Source: an uncultured Eubacterium sp. (lineage in GTDB: Bacteria; Bacillota; Clostridia; Oscillospirales; CAG-272). Taken from it: 64,000 nucleotides of DNA. The stretch lies in contig UQUT01000005.1 in NCBI GenBank assembly GCA_900544285.1, positions 5,251 to 69,250 of the forward strand, read 5' to 3'. Under the pieces are notes generated by a model. The model worked only from the letters and a program-made list of their open reading frames with translations, did no database searches and had not been told where the DNA came from. Both the position numbers and the translations under genes were made by a program. This document shows, piece after piece, positions 29,068-38,115 of the stretch. Positions within the stretch are counted from its first letter, which is position 1, and the number at the start of each line of letters is the position of its first letter.

Positions 29068-29986
29068 ACGAAACCAGAACGGTTGCGTTGCCGGAAAGAG
29101 TAACTTTTCCGGAGGCGGCGGCGACAAAAACGCTTCCGCCTTTTTTCGCGCTTATTATTTCGTTTCCGCAGGAAATTATGCAGTCTCCCGTCGCAACGAG
29201 CAGGTGAAGAAAACTGTCATCTCCCGCAAAAACCTCAGCCTCGCCCGCGACCTTCTTTTCGCGGACGGAAAAATACTTGCAGGACGCGATAACCTCGCCT
29301 TCGTGCTTTGCCTTGACGGCAGACGGGTCGAACCGCTCGATAACGTCAAGTGCCGGCTCGATATGAAGCTGGCGGAGCGAGCCGTCCGGCTGGCGGCGGT
29401 TATAGTCGTAAACGCGATACGTCACGTTTGAATTCTGCTGTATTTCGGCTATGAAAATTCCCGCGCCGATAGCGTGTACAAGTCCGGACGGGATAAAATA
29501 CGTTTCCCCCGCCTTCACCTCAACATAGTTCATGAGGCTTTCAAGCGTGCCGTCGGCAATGGCTTTTTTCAGCGTTTCTCTTGTGTATTTTTCTTTCATT
29601 CCGTATATAAGCCTTGCGCCGGGTGCGGCGTCGACTATATACCACATTTCCGTTTTTCCCATATCGTCCGTATGCTCTGCGGCATATTCGTCGTCCGGAT
29701 GGACCTGAATTGAAAGGTCCGCCTCCGCGTCTATCAGCTTTATGAGCAGCGGAAAGCGGTCGCCCTTATAATTTTTTCCGAGAGCCGACGGATTTTCGCG
29801 CACGAATTCCGAAAGCAGTCTCCCGTCATATTCCCCGCCGATTATCGTATTATCGCCGTCGGGACGGCACGTCAGCTCCCATGCCTCCGCGATTTTCTCT
29901 CCCGATTCGCCCATTCCGTAGTCACGGGAAAGTCGTTCTCCGCCCCAGATTATATGCTTTGTTACAGGCTTCAGTTCAAACATCAT
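29060..29986 (-). CDS. manA: Mannose-6-phosphate isomerase, class I
   Basis: FELKPVTKHIIWGG, LSIQVHPDDEYA, GETYFIPSGLVHAIG. I chose the ATG at 29986 because GGAGGA directly abuts the ATG at 29995. Confidence 0.8.
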   Translation of the reverse strand: MMFELKPVTKHIIWGGERLSRDYGMGESGEKIAEAWELTCRPDGDNTIIGGEYDGRLLSEFVRENPSALGKNYKGDRFPLLIKLIDAEADLSIQVHPDDEYAAEHTDDMGKTEMWYIVDAAPGARLIYGMKEKYTRETLKKAIADGTLESLMNYVEVKAGETYFIPSGLVHAIGAGIFIAEIQQNSNVTYRVYDYNRRQPDGSLRQLHIEPALDVIERFDPSAVKAKHEGEVIASCKYFSVREKKVAGEAEVFAGDDSFLHLLVATGDCIISCGNEIISAKKGGSVFVAAASGKVTLSGNATVLVSSI

Positions 29987-30051
29987 TTCTTTCATTCCTC
30001 CGACTGATTGCTTTTCATAAGCATCATATCACAACGCTCCCCTTTTTTCAA

Positions 30052-30397
30052 CCTACTTTTCTTTGAAAAGAAAAGTAGGCAAAAGAAACTTCAGTTATCG
30101 GGGAGCATGTGCAGATTTTTAATTATCTGCACAGACAGGGCTTTTGCAAAAAGGCAAAAGAGACTTCAATTATCGGGGATGATATACAGATTTTTAATTA
30201 TCTACGCAGACAGGGCTTTTGCAAAAAGGCAAAAGAAACTTCGGTTATCGGGGGTGATATACAGATTTTTAATTATCTGCACAGACGTGGTTTTTGCAAA
30301 AAGGCAAAAGAGACTTCAATTATCGGGGAGCCTTTTCAATCAATCCGCGCCGCAGACGCACCGCTTCTATTCGATCTTCTCTCTTATCTTTTATCTC
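30052..30397 (+). repeat. Copy A of the dispersed intergenic repeat family (hairpin head, amplified core, tail)
   Basis: Head CCTACTTTTCTTTGAAAAGAAAAGTAGG, then GCAAAAGAAACTT... Tail CCGCGCCGCAGACGCACCGCTTCTATTCGAT... aligns with 60287 onward and 22796-22826. Confidence 0.75.
30078..30321 (+). repeat. Tandem repeat, 75-bp unit x about 3.3
   Basis: Units start at 30078, 30153, 30228 and 30303 and are about 90 percent identical. Each unit contains the inverted repeat GCAGAT-ttttaatt-ATCTGC and the palindrome CTTTTGCAAAAG. Confidence 0.9.
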
Positions 30398-30424
30398 AAA
30401 AAAGCCGCCCGAAGGCGGCTTTTT
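30392..30424 (-). terminator. Rho-independent terminator of the GH94-like gene
   Basis: Minus strand: AAGCCGCC-ttcg-GGCGGCTTTTTT. Confidence 0.75.
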
Positions 30425-32707
30425 TCATCCTATATATACCGTTAAATTCATCTTTTCGCCGACAGGCGCGATAATATTTCCCTGCGGATTTATTTCTTTT
30501 CCGTCAAGCTCAATTCTGCTGACCTTATCGCTCTTTCCGGAGCAAATGAATTTTATATCGTATTCGCAACCGCGGAAAATCTTCTTTATCGAACACTCTC
30601 TCCACGAAAGTGGCAGGCACGGCTCGATACGCAAGCCTTCAAGCTCCGGATGCAGTCCGAATATATATTCGACGGTGCTCTTGAGCAGCCACGAGCTTGC
30701 CGCCGTTCTCCAGCTCTGCCCGGGCGTTGCGTAACGATAGCCCGTTTCGGGAGCAAAATATGAGTTGTAAAGCGCGTAGGGCTCGCCGCATTTCGTTTCG
30801 TATTCGGTGTTTGTCACGAGTATCTTCTTCAGCCCCTCTTCAACCTTGTCCGGACGATGGAGCATACTGTCCGCCGCCAGCTTCCACGCGGAGGGGTGCA
30901 GATAGATACCGCCGTTATCCTGAACGCCGGGCGCCTTCTCCGCCATTGAGCCTATGTATGAATACTGATGCGAATATGCGGGATATGCAAGGCGGGTGCC
31001 GAGCTTCGTTTCAAGCAGTCTGTCCGCACTTTCCATAGCGATTCTGTCCTTGCCGTCCTTTGCGGCACCGGAAAGCACCGCCCAGAGCTGAGAAATGAGG
31101 AATATCTTTCCCTCCTCGCAGTCCTTTGACCCCATAATTATATCGTCGTCTGTGCGGGCATAGATATAATATTCGCCGTCCCAGCCGTATTTATCGATAC
31201 GCTCACGCATTGTCTCTCCTCTTTCGGCGGCGGTTTTTGCGTCGTTATCTCTGCCCATAGCCTTTGCGAGCCTGCCGAAGGTTGCATTCGCTCTGTACCA
31301 CGCAAGCGTAAGCCAAACGGAAACGCCCTTGCCTTCAAGTCCCGCATAGTTTACGCAGTCGTTCCAGTCGCCGCCCCATATGCGGACGAGCCCGTAAAGC
31401 CCGGTAAAATTCCAGAGGAAGTCGACAGAGCGACGGAGATGCTCATACACGCTTGCAACGGAGCCGTTATTGAAGGCGACTTCTTCGTTTAAGAGGTTTA
31501 TATCACCGATTTCCTTTATTATCGTGTCTGCGGCAAACGTCATCCAGACAGTGTTATCCGCAAATTTTCTGTCGCGCACCGCGCCGTCGATTATCGTTCT
31601 CGGTGCATAGCCGTTCTCATACTGATACGAAAGAATTCTTTTCAGTCTTTCCCACGCGAGTCGGGGATTTACACAGGCAAGACATTCCGTATCGCTTGTC
31701 AGGTCTCTGTAACCGTTGTGACGGACTCTTGCCCATCTGCTGCCCATATCCGCCGCGTATTTCATCCAGCCGTTTATGAGCTTGTCATAGTCGCCCCACG
31801 GGGTCTTTATTTCAACGCCGCGGAGTCTCTCCGCATATTTTGCCTCCATACGGGCAAATTCCTTTTCCGTTTCCTCTGCGGAAAGTGCGCGGATTTCTCC
31901 TCTGTCATAAGCCACACCGACGGTTATATGAACCGTCCTTTTTTCGCCGGGGAGGAGGGTCATATCGTTCTGCAAAACAAGGCAGAGCTTTTCGGAGTTG
32001 CAATCGGTATTCTGACATTTCAGCCCCTTTTCGAGTGCCGACGGGTGCTGCTCGTCACCGTAAGGACCTATGAACGCATTGCGCCTTGAATCAAAGCCCG
32101 AAATTTTGTCGCTCGACGCCATAAAAGCGAACATCTCGCGGTTTCGGGGAAGGTCGGGGTCGGGATAGAATTCCGTATAAAACCGCCCCCAGACAGCATT
32201 TTTATCTTCGTCTCCGCCGCCGATGCAGGTGTTATATCCCTGCGGGCGATACGTTCCGTCAACCTCTGTTTTTGCATAGGAAACAAGCGAAAGATGTCTC
32301 TCTTTATCTGATACGTTTTCAAGCGTTACGCTCCATACCTCGTGCATACCCTCGCACGGGACGAATATCCTCAGCGCGCTTTTTATACTGTTTTTCTGCT
32401 GACTTATAACGGTCGAGCCGTTTTTATGGGCGCAGAGATAGTCAGTATAGCCGGAGTGCATGGGCAAAGCGCAGATGCTGAAATATTTTCCGTCCTCACA
32501 GACAAAAAGGTTTCTGTTTGAAAGAAGAAACACCCTCCTGCCCATATCGTCCTGCGCGATACCTTCTCCGTAGCCGACCTGCGAGGTAAACGTTATGTAT
32601 TCGTCGTTATACATATAGTTATACCAATGGCGCGGAGTTTCGGGCTCCGTTATGAAAAATGTTTCTCCTTTTTCGGAAAAATGACCGTACTGCTTTGTTC
32701 TGTCCAT
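30425..32707 (-). CDS. GH94-like glycoside phosphorylase (cellobiose/chitobiose phosphorylase superfamily)
   Basis: 760 aa. The N-terminus GHFSEKGETFFITEPETPRHWYNYM resembles the GH94 N-domain. Has an (alpha/alpha)6-type C-terminal region. Substrate not assignable. Confidence 0.55.
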   Translation of the reverse strand: MDRTKQYGHFSEKGETFFITEPETPRHWYNYMYNDEYITFTSQVGYGEGIAQDDMGRRVFLLSNRNLFVCEDGKYFSICALPMHSGYTDYLCAHKNGSTVISQQKNSIKSALRIFVPCEGMHEVWSVTLENVSDKERHLSLVSYAKTEVDGTYRPQGYNTCIGGGDEDKNAVWGRFYTEFYPDPDLPRNREMFAFMASSDKISGFDSRRNAFIGPYGDEQHPSALEKGLKCQNTDCNSEKLCLVLQNDMTLLPGEKRTVHITVGVAYDRGEIRALSAEETEKEFARMEAKYAERLRGVEIKTPWGDYDKLINGWMKYAADMGSRWARVRHNGYRDLTSDTECLACVNPRLAWERLKRILSYQYENGYAPRTIIDGAVRDRKFADNTVWMTFAADTIIKEIGDINLLNEEVAFNNGSVASVYEHLRRSVDFLWNFTGLYGLVRIWGGDWNDCVNYAGLEGKGVSVWLTLAWYRANATFGRLAKAMGRDNDAKTAAERGETMRERIDKYGWDGEYYIYARTDDDIIMGSKDCEEGKIFLISQLWAVLSGAAKDGKDRIAMESADRLLETKLGTRLAYPAYSHQYSYIGSMAEKAPGVQDNGGIYLHPSAWKLAADSMLHRPDKVEEGLKKILVTNTEYETKCGEPYALYNSYFAPETGYRYATPGQSWRTAASSWLLKSTVEYIFGLHPELEGLRIEPCLPLSWRECSIKKIFRGCEYDIKFICSGKSDKVSRIELDGKEINPQGNIIAPVGEKMNLTVYIG

Positions 32708-32744
32708 AAAAGCGAGTCCTTTCAGAAATGTTTATATAAATTTT

Positions 32745-34196
32745 TCAGTTCGGGTACGGCAGGTAGTCCCTCGGATTTACTCTGACATATGAACCTGAAA
32801 TATATTTCCTTATCTCGAAATGCAGGTGCGTTCCCGCATAAGGGTTTGATGTTGTCGGCGACGGGCTGACCCTTCCCGTGTTTCCGCTGTAACCGATGAT
32901 ATCCCCCTGCGAGACCCTGTCTCCGACGGATACCGTTTTCGATTTCAGATGTGCGTAATATGTAAGGTAGCCGTTTCTGTGGTCGATGACTACATACGTT
33001 CCGTATGTCCAGCGGAGATCGGATTTTGAAAAATATCCGTCGTTATAAGCACAGATGACCGTACCGCTCATCGAAGCGGTTATAGGCGCGCCGTAATAAA
33101 CACCGAAGTCGATGCCGCCGTGCGAGTTTGAGCCGCCGTAATACTGGGTGACGCCGTAATTTGCGCCGCCCTGAGCGGCTGTCCGGAACGGCATTGCAAA
33201 AGTTTCCTCTTTTTTCTTTGTGCCGATTGCGATGACCTTTGCGACGGGCTCCGTCACGGAGGAGGAGACAAGCTCGCTCTTCGTCTCGACCCCGCGCTCA
33301 TAGGTTATTTTATATGTATTTTCCGTGTATCCGTCCTTGCCCTTTGCGCGCGTCCTGCGCTCGCCCTCGGGGATGGTATCGTCATAGACGTATCTGACGG
33401 GATAAGCGACCGTGTTTTCCTTTTTGGTTACTGTTTCGTATGTAAAAACTGGCTTTGTCCCGACGCGAACCTTCGCCGCTTCCGGGGAAAGTGTTTTTTC
33501 GGATATCACCCTGCGGGAGATTTCCTTCCCCCTCTCATAGGTGACCTCATAAACCGCGGTTTTTCTTCCGTTTCTCCCTGCGGACACGGTTATCCGATCG
33601 TCCTCATAAAGTGAAGAGTCCTTTATGAGCTCCGTTTCAAACGGCACTTCCTCCGTCTCCGTGACGGTCTCACTTGTATAAATCGGCTTTGTGCCGATGA
33701 TAATGACTCTCTTCTCCGCCTCGGATATCACGGTTTCAACCGTCTCCGTGCCGATGAGAATTCCGTCCTCGTAAATGCTCTTCTCGGTTATCTGCAAAAG
33801 CCCCGATCTGCCGTTCACGGAAACATACCGGAAGTCCTCATATTCCTCGTCCGACCGGACATATTCGGTATCAAAAGGGATTTTTTCGATGCGGGAGATT
33901 TCCCTCTCCTCGGTCACGGGCGTCCTCGCCGTGGTCGTCTGCGCGGGCTCTGCCGGCTCGTCTTGCCCTGCGGGCGCTGTCGACGTAAACTGCGCGTCCC
34001 TTTCGGGCTCGGTCGTCGCAGGGGTAACCCTCTCCGTTGACGCAGTCTGCCCTGCTCTGTCCGTAAATTCATGCGCGCTCTGCGTCTCAGTCATGCGTCC
34101 CGAAACGTCCCTACATGATGCAAAAACCGTCGCCGCAAGCATGGCGGCGGAAAACAAAAGGAATATCCTTTCCCGTTTTTTTCTTTGTTCTGACAT
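32745..34196 (-). CDS. Secreted M23 metallopeptidase with repeated G5-like domains
   Basis: Signal peptide from the MSEQRKKRERIFLLFSAAMLAATVFASC Met. Three G5-like repeats (...GRNGRKT.VYEVTYE.G...). C-terminal HGGIDF and GTHLHFEIR. Confidence 0.75.
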   Translation of the reverse strand: MSEQRKKRERIFLLFSAAMLAATVFASCRDVSGRMTETQSAHEFTDRAGQTASTERVTPATTEPERDAQFTSTAPAGQDEPAEPAQTTTARTPVTEEREISRIEKIPFDTEYVRSDEEYEDFRYVSVNGRSGLLQITEKSIYEDGILIGTETVETVISEAEKRVIIIGTKPIYTSETVTETEEVPFETELIKDSSLYEDDRITVSAGRNGRKTAVYEVTYERGKEISRRVISEKTLSPEAAKVRVGTKPVFTYETVTKKENTVAYPVRYVYDDTIPEGERRTRAKGKDGYTENTYKITYERGVETKSELVSSSVTEPVAKVIAIGTKKKEETFAMPFRTAAQGGANYGVTQYYGGSNSHGGIDFGVYYGAPITASMSGTVICAYNDGYFSKSDLRWTYGTYVVIDHRNGYLTYYAHLKSKTVSVGDRVSQGDIIGYSGNTGRVSPSPTTSNPYAGTHLHFEIRKYISGSYVRVNPRDYLPYPN

Positions 34197-34465
34197 AATA
34201 AAATACCGCTTTCCTTCCGTAAATACAGCACAACCGTATTTACCTGCTCTGACAAAATTATATAATAGCGCAGAGCACCTTTTCAAGCGATAAATTGAGG
34301 GTGCGGAGGCACAATATTCCTTCTCCGCGGTATCCCGCGGGAGTATCCCCTTCCGCGGCACATATTATATCACATTTCCTTCCGAAAATCAAGACTTGTA
34401 TTTTCCCCCTCGGCGATTTATAATCTAAAATACTATAATACGATCAGAAAATATAAAAGGACGTG

Positions 34466-36454
34466 ATGAAAATGAACCGCCCACCGAAAGACCAAGGACT
34501 TATGAAAAGTCCCATGGACAAAATGCGCGAGCCGAAGCCGAAAAACATAAAAGAGGTTCCTGGGTATCTGAAAAGAGTAATCTCCAAATTCTTTTACAGA
34601 CTCTTCTATATTTTCACCCTCGTCTGGGAGGCAAAGCCGAGCGTCCTGTTTCTTATTTCGCTCTTCTCGATAATCCTCGGAATTCTGCCGGCGGTGTCTG
34701 CGTCGATAGCAAAGGACATCTTAAACCGCCTTGCGGTCGATTATGCGCTGGTTAAAGCCGGAGAAGGCAGCGCCGACGCAATGCTCAATGAAATACTTAT
34801 GCTGCTCGTATGGCAGTTTGCGATAATCTTCGCAACGTCCGTCGTTTCAAGCCTGAAAACCTACACAACGAGAATCGCAAGCGAGCTCGTTGCGCACAGG
34901 ACAAACGTCAAAATAATGGAAAAGGCAAAGAATATCGATGTTTCGAGCTTTGACCGCCCCGATTTTTATGAAAAGCTGGAAAATGCTTCGCGCGAGGCGG
35001 GCAACCGACCGATGCAGATCCTTTCCGCAACGTTCTCCTGCATCTCCGCCGTAATCAGTATGGTTTCGTTTATCGTTATCCTTGCCGGAATTCCGGGCGA
35101 AATACATATTGCGGGCCTGAGTATGAAAACGGGCGGCTTTGCGCCCGTGGCAGTTGCCCTCGTTGCGATACCCTCTGCTGTCATTTCCTTTGTTTACAGG
35201 CGCAAGGTGTTTGATTTTGCCCGCCGCCGCTCAAAGGACAGGCGACAGTTCAATTATTATAAAGGCCTTATGACGAACAAGGATATGGTCAAAGAGATCC
35301 GCCTTTTCGGTCTTTCGGATACCTTCATTGAAAGATATAAAAGCATCTTCGGGCATTATTTCAAGGGGCTGCGCCACATATATTTTTCGGAGGGCGCATG
35401 GAATCTTCTGATGTCGATGTTGTCTTCGGCTGTCAACTGCGTGCTCTTTCTGCTGATTGCAAAGGGCGTCATCGCGGGCGACTTTGAAGTCGGTAACTAT
35501 TCGCTTTATACCGGCGCGCTGAACTCGATCGCAAGCGGAATTTCAACCCTCATAAACGCCACGGCGTCTATTTACGAAGGCACTCTCTTCATCGACAATC
35601 TCATAACATTTATAGACGAAAAAACCGAGATAGTGCCTTCGCTTCCCGTCCCTCGCCATCCGCAGCGTCACATCGCTCATAAAATCGAGCTGAAAAACGT
35701 TTCCTTCCGCTATCCGGGCACGGAGCGGGACGTTATAAAGAATATGTCCGTTACCTTCGAGCCGGGGGAGACGGTCGTTTTAGTCGGGCTGAACGGCGCG
35801 GGAAAGACGACCCTCATAAAACTCATAACCAGGCTTTACGACCCGACGGAGGGCGTCATTCTTCTGGACGGGCACGACATAAGAGAATACGACACAAGCG
35901 AGCTTTATTCGATATACGGAATAATATTTCAGGATTTCGGCAGGTACGCCGTTTCCGTGCGCGAGAATGTTTCGTTTTCGGATATAAACGCCCCGACAGA
36001 CGAGGAGAGAGTTTCAAAGGCGGCGAAGGAAAGCGGCGCCGAGGACTTTATAAAAAATCTGCCCCACGGCTACGATACGGCTCTGATGAGATATTTCGAG
36101 GAGGACGGCATCGAGCTTTCAACGGGTCAATGGCAGAAGCTCTCGGTTGCGAGAGCGTTCTATTCGGATTCCGATATTCTCATTCTTGACGAGCCGACGG
36201 CGGCTCTTGACGCCATTGCGGAACAGGAGATATATTCCCAGTTTGACAGTCTCCGCCGCGACAAGACGACGGTTTTCGTTTCACACCGTCTTTCCAGCGC
36301 AACAACGGCAGATAAGATCCTCGTCCTTGAAAACGGGCAGATCATCGAGAGCGGAACGCACCGGGAGCTTATGCAGAAGGGCGGCAGATATTGCGAGCTT
36401 TTCTCAACTCAGGCGCAGAGATATATCGATTCTGAAAGCGAAATCATGAAGTAA
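34466..36454 (+). CDS. ABC exporter, fused permease/ATPase
   Basis: Six-TM N-domain. Walker A GLNGAGKTT, signature LSTGQWQK, Walker B ILILDEPT. Exact start uncertain (34463, 34466 or 34472). Confidence 0.85.
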   Translation: MKMNRPPKDQGLMKSPMDKMREPKPKNIKEVPGYLKRVISKFFYRLFYIFTLVWEAKPSVLFLISLFSIILGILPAVSASIAKDILNRLAVDYALVKAGEGSADAMLNEILMLLVWQFAIIFATSVVSSLKTYTTRIASELVAHRTNVKIMEKAKNIDVSSFDRPDFYEKLENASREAGNRPMQILSATFSCISAVISMVSFIVILAGIPGEIHIAGLSMKTGGFAPVAVALVAIPSAVISFVYRRKVFDFARRRSKDRRQFNYYKGLMTNKDMVKEIRLFGLSDTFIERYKSIFGHYFKGLRHIYFSEGAWNLLMSMLSSAVNCVLFLLIAKGVIAGDFEVGNYSLYTGALNSIASGISTLINATASIYEGTLFIDNLITFIDEKTEIVPSLPVPRHPQRHIAHKIELKNVSFRYPGTERDVIKNMSVTFEPGETVVLVGLNGAGKTTLIKLITRLYDPTEGVILLDGHDIREYDTSELYSIYGIIFQDFGRYAVSVRENVSFSDINAPTDEERVSKAAKESGAEDFIKNLPHGYDTALMRYFEEDGIELSTGQWQKLSVARAFYSDSDILILDEPTAALDAIAEQEIYSQFDSLRRDKTTVFVSHRLSSATTADKILVLENGQIIESGTHRELMQKGGRYCELFSTQAQRYIDSESEIMK

Positions 36455-36456
36455 CG

Positions 36457-36499
36457 AAAAATCGGAGAAAGCCGAAAGCCTTCTCCGATTTTCTTTTTT
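36457..36499 (+). terminator. Hairpin terminator after the ABC gene; overlaps the oadG-like stop
   Basis: ATCGGAGAA-11 nt-TTCTCCGAT followed by TTTTCTTTTTT. Confidence 0.6.
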
Positions 36500-36647
36500 A
36501 TTGTTTGTCTCCGCCGTTTTTCGGCTTTGTCAGCACTCCGAGGAGCACGACTGCGAGAATTATCACGATTGTTACGATAAATATTCCCGCCATCCCTTTT
36601 GCCATAATCGGCAAGGTCTTGAGAAACGCATTAAAATCTATATTCAT
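36498..36647 (-). CDS. OadG-like small membrane subunit of the Na+-translocating decarboxylase (49 aa; below the ORF-track cut-off)
   Basis: My own translation: MNIDFNAFLKTLPIMAKGMAGIFIVTIVIILAVVLLGVLTKPKNGGDKQ. Single TM helix. Sits 14 nt downstream of oadB. Confidence 0.55.
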   Translation of the reverse strand: MNIDFNAFLKTLPIMAKGMAGIFIVTIVIILAVVLLGVLTKPKNGGDKQ

Positions 36648-36661
36648 ACCACTTCACCACC

Positions 36662-37789
36662 TTAACCGAGCAATGTCAGCAGAAGTCCGCCTGCGATGAC
36701 GGAGGCAATCTGCCCCGAAACGTTTACGCCTATCGAATGCATAAGAAGGAAGTTCTGCGGATCCTCCTTAAGCCCCATTTTGTGAATTACTCTTGCGGAC
36801 ATCGGGAATGCCGAAATGCCCGCCGCGCCGATCATCGGGTTTATCTTCTTACCATGCGGCAGGAAGATGTTTATCAGCTTTGCGATTATAACGCCGCCAG
36901 CCGTATCGAATATGAATGCGACAAGTCCGAGCGCGATTATGATCAGGGTGTCTGCCGTGAGGAAATATTCAGCCTGCATCCTTGATGCGATAGTGATTCC
37001 GAGAAGAATCGTCACAAGGTTTGAAAGCACCTTCTGCGCCGTTTCGGAGAGCGAATCGAGCACGCCGCATTCGCGGAGCAGGTTTCCGAACATAAGAAAT
37101 CCGATGAGCGCAACGCTTCTCGGAGAAACGATGCCCGTTATCATCGTTATGATTATCGGGAAAAGAATTTTGGTCGTTTTTGAAACGGACTTTTCCTGAT
37201 AAGGCATACGGATGAGACGTTCCTTTTTCGTTGTCAGCAGCTTGATGACGGGCGGCTGAATGATCGGAACGAGAGCCATATAAGAATACGCCGCAACCAT
37301 TATCGCGCCGAGATATTTCGAGCCGAGGAAGTTTGCAACAAAGATCGATGTCGGCCCGTCCGCCGTACCGATAACGCCGATGGACGCAGCGTCCTTCAGA
37401 TCAAAGCCGAGGAGCGCCGCAAGGCTGAACGTAAAGAAAATACCGAATTGCGCCGCCGCGCCGAAGATCATCAGCTTGGGGTTTGAAAGAAGCGGCTCGA
37501 AATCGATCATCGCTCCGATGCCGATGAAGAGCAGGAGCGGAAAAAGCTCGTTCGCTATGCCCGATTCGAAGAGAACGTCGATAACGCCGATTTCTTTTAC
37601 GCCGTCATAAATCTGCGTGACCGCGCCGGAAAGCGGCAGGTTGACGAGAATCGCACCGAAGCCCATCGGCAGAAGAAGCGTCGGCTCCATATCCTTTTTT
37701 ATTGCGAGGTATATCAGCACCCCGCCGATTATCCACATAACGACCATTTGCCACGTTATGTTTGTAATGTTTGAAAACAATGCTCCCAT
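36662..37789 (-). CDS. Sodium ion-translocating decarboxylase, beta subunit (OadB/GcdB/MmdB family)
   Basis: 375 aa, polytopic. MVVMWIIGGVLIYLAIKKDMEPTLLLPMGFGAILVN... is typical of the beta subunit. Confidence 0.85.
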   Translation of the reverse strand: MGALFSNITNITWQMVVMWIIGGVLIYLAIKKDMEPTLLLPMGFGAILVNLPLSGAVTQIYDGVKEIGVIDVLFESGIANELFPLLLFIGIGAMIDFEPLLSNPKLMIFGAAAQFGIFFTFSLAALLGFDLKDAASIGVIGTADGPTSIFVANFLGSKYLGAIMVAAYSYMALVPIIQPPVIKLLTTKKERLIRMPYQEKSVSKTTKILFPIIITMITGIVSPRSVALIGFLMFGNLLRECGVLDSLSETAQKVLSNLVTILLGITIASRMQAEYFLTADTLIIIALGLVAFIFDTAGGVIIAKLINIFLPHGKKINPMIGAAGISAFPMSARVIHKMGLKEDPQNFLLMHSIGVNVSGQIASVIAGGLLLTLLG

Positions 37790-38013
37790 GAATGTCCTCC
37801 GAATATTTTGTCAGGGAATTGAAAAATGATGAGTGAATATTATCATATTTCTCCGTATTTTTCAAGTATATTCCGGACAATATTTTTTATCCGCCGGATT
37901 TATTTGAATTTTATGTAATGCCGACGTCCGAAATGAGGGAAAATCAGTGCATAATGAACAAATTTCCCGTTTAAAAAACCTTCTCCGCGGCGGATTTCTG
38001 TGATTAAGCCCTC

Positions 38014-38031
38014 TGCATATCGATATATGCA
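38014..38031. promoter_or_regulatory. Inverted repeat, possible operator upstream of the mdh operon promoter
   Basis: TGCATAT-cgat-ATATGCA, about 24 nt upstream of the -35. Confidence 0.2.
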
Positions 38032-38054
38032 TAACCGATATGAAAAATCAGCAA

Positions 38055-38083
38055 TTGCATAATCGCTCGATTTATGATAGAAT
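38055..38083 (+). promoter_or_regulatory. Sigma-A type promoter of the mdh-fumC-hdr-flx-frd operon
   Basis: TTGCAT, a 17-nt spacer ending in TGa, then TAGAAT. Confidence 0.45.
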
Positions 38084-38115
38084 ATGTAAAACAAATATTT
38101 TGGGAGGTATTTTTT

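Noticed and set aside
30078-30321. Possible CRISPR array (regularly spaced repeats with palindromic cores).
   Set aside because: The whole 75-bp unit is repeated at about 90 percent identity, so there are no unique spacers. There are only 3.3 units, no cas genes in the window, and the unit belongs to a dispersed repeat family. It is a tandem repeat, not a CRISPR array.
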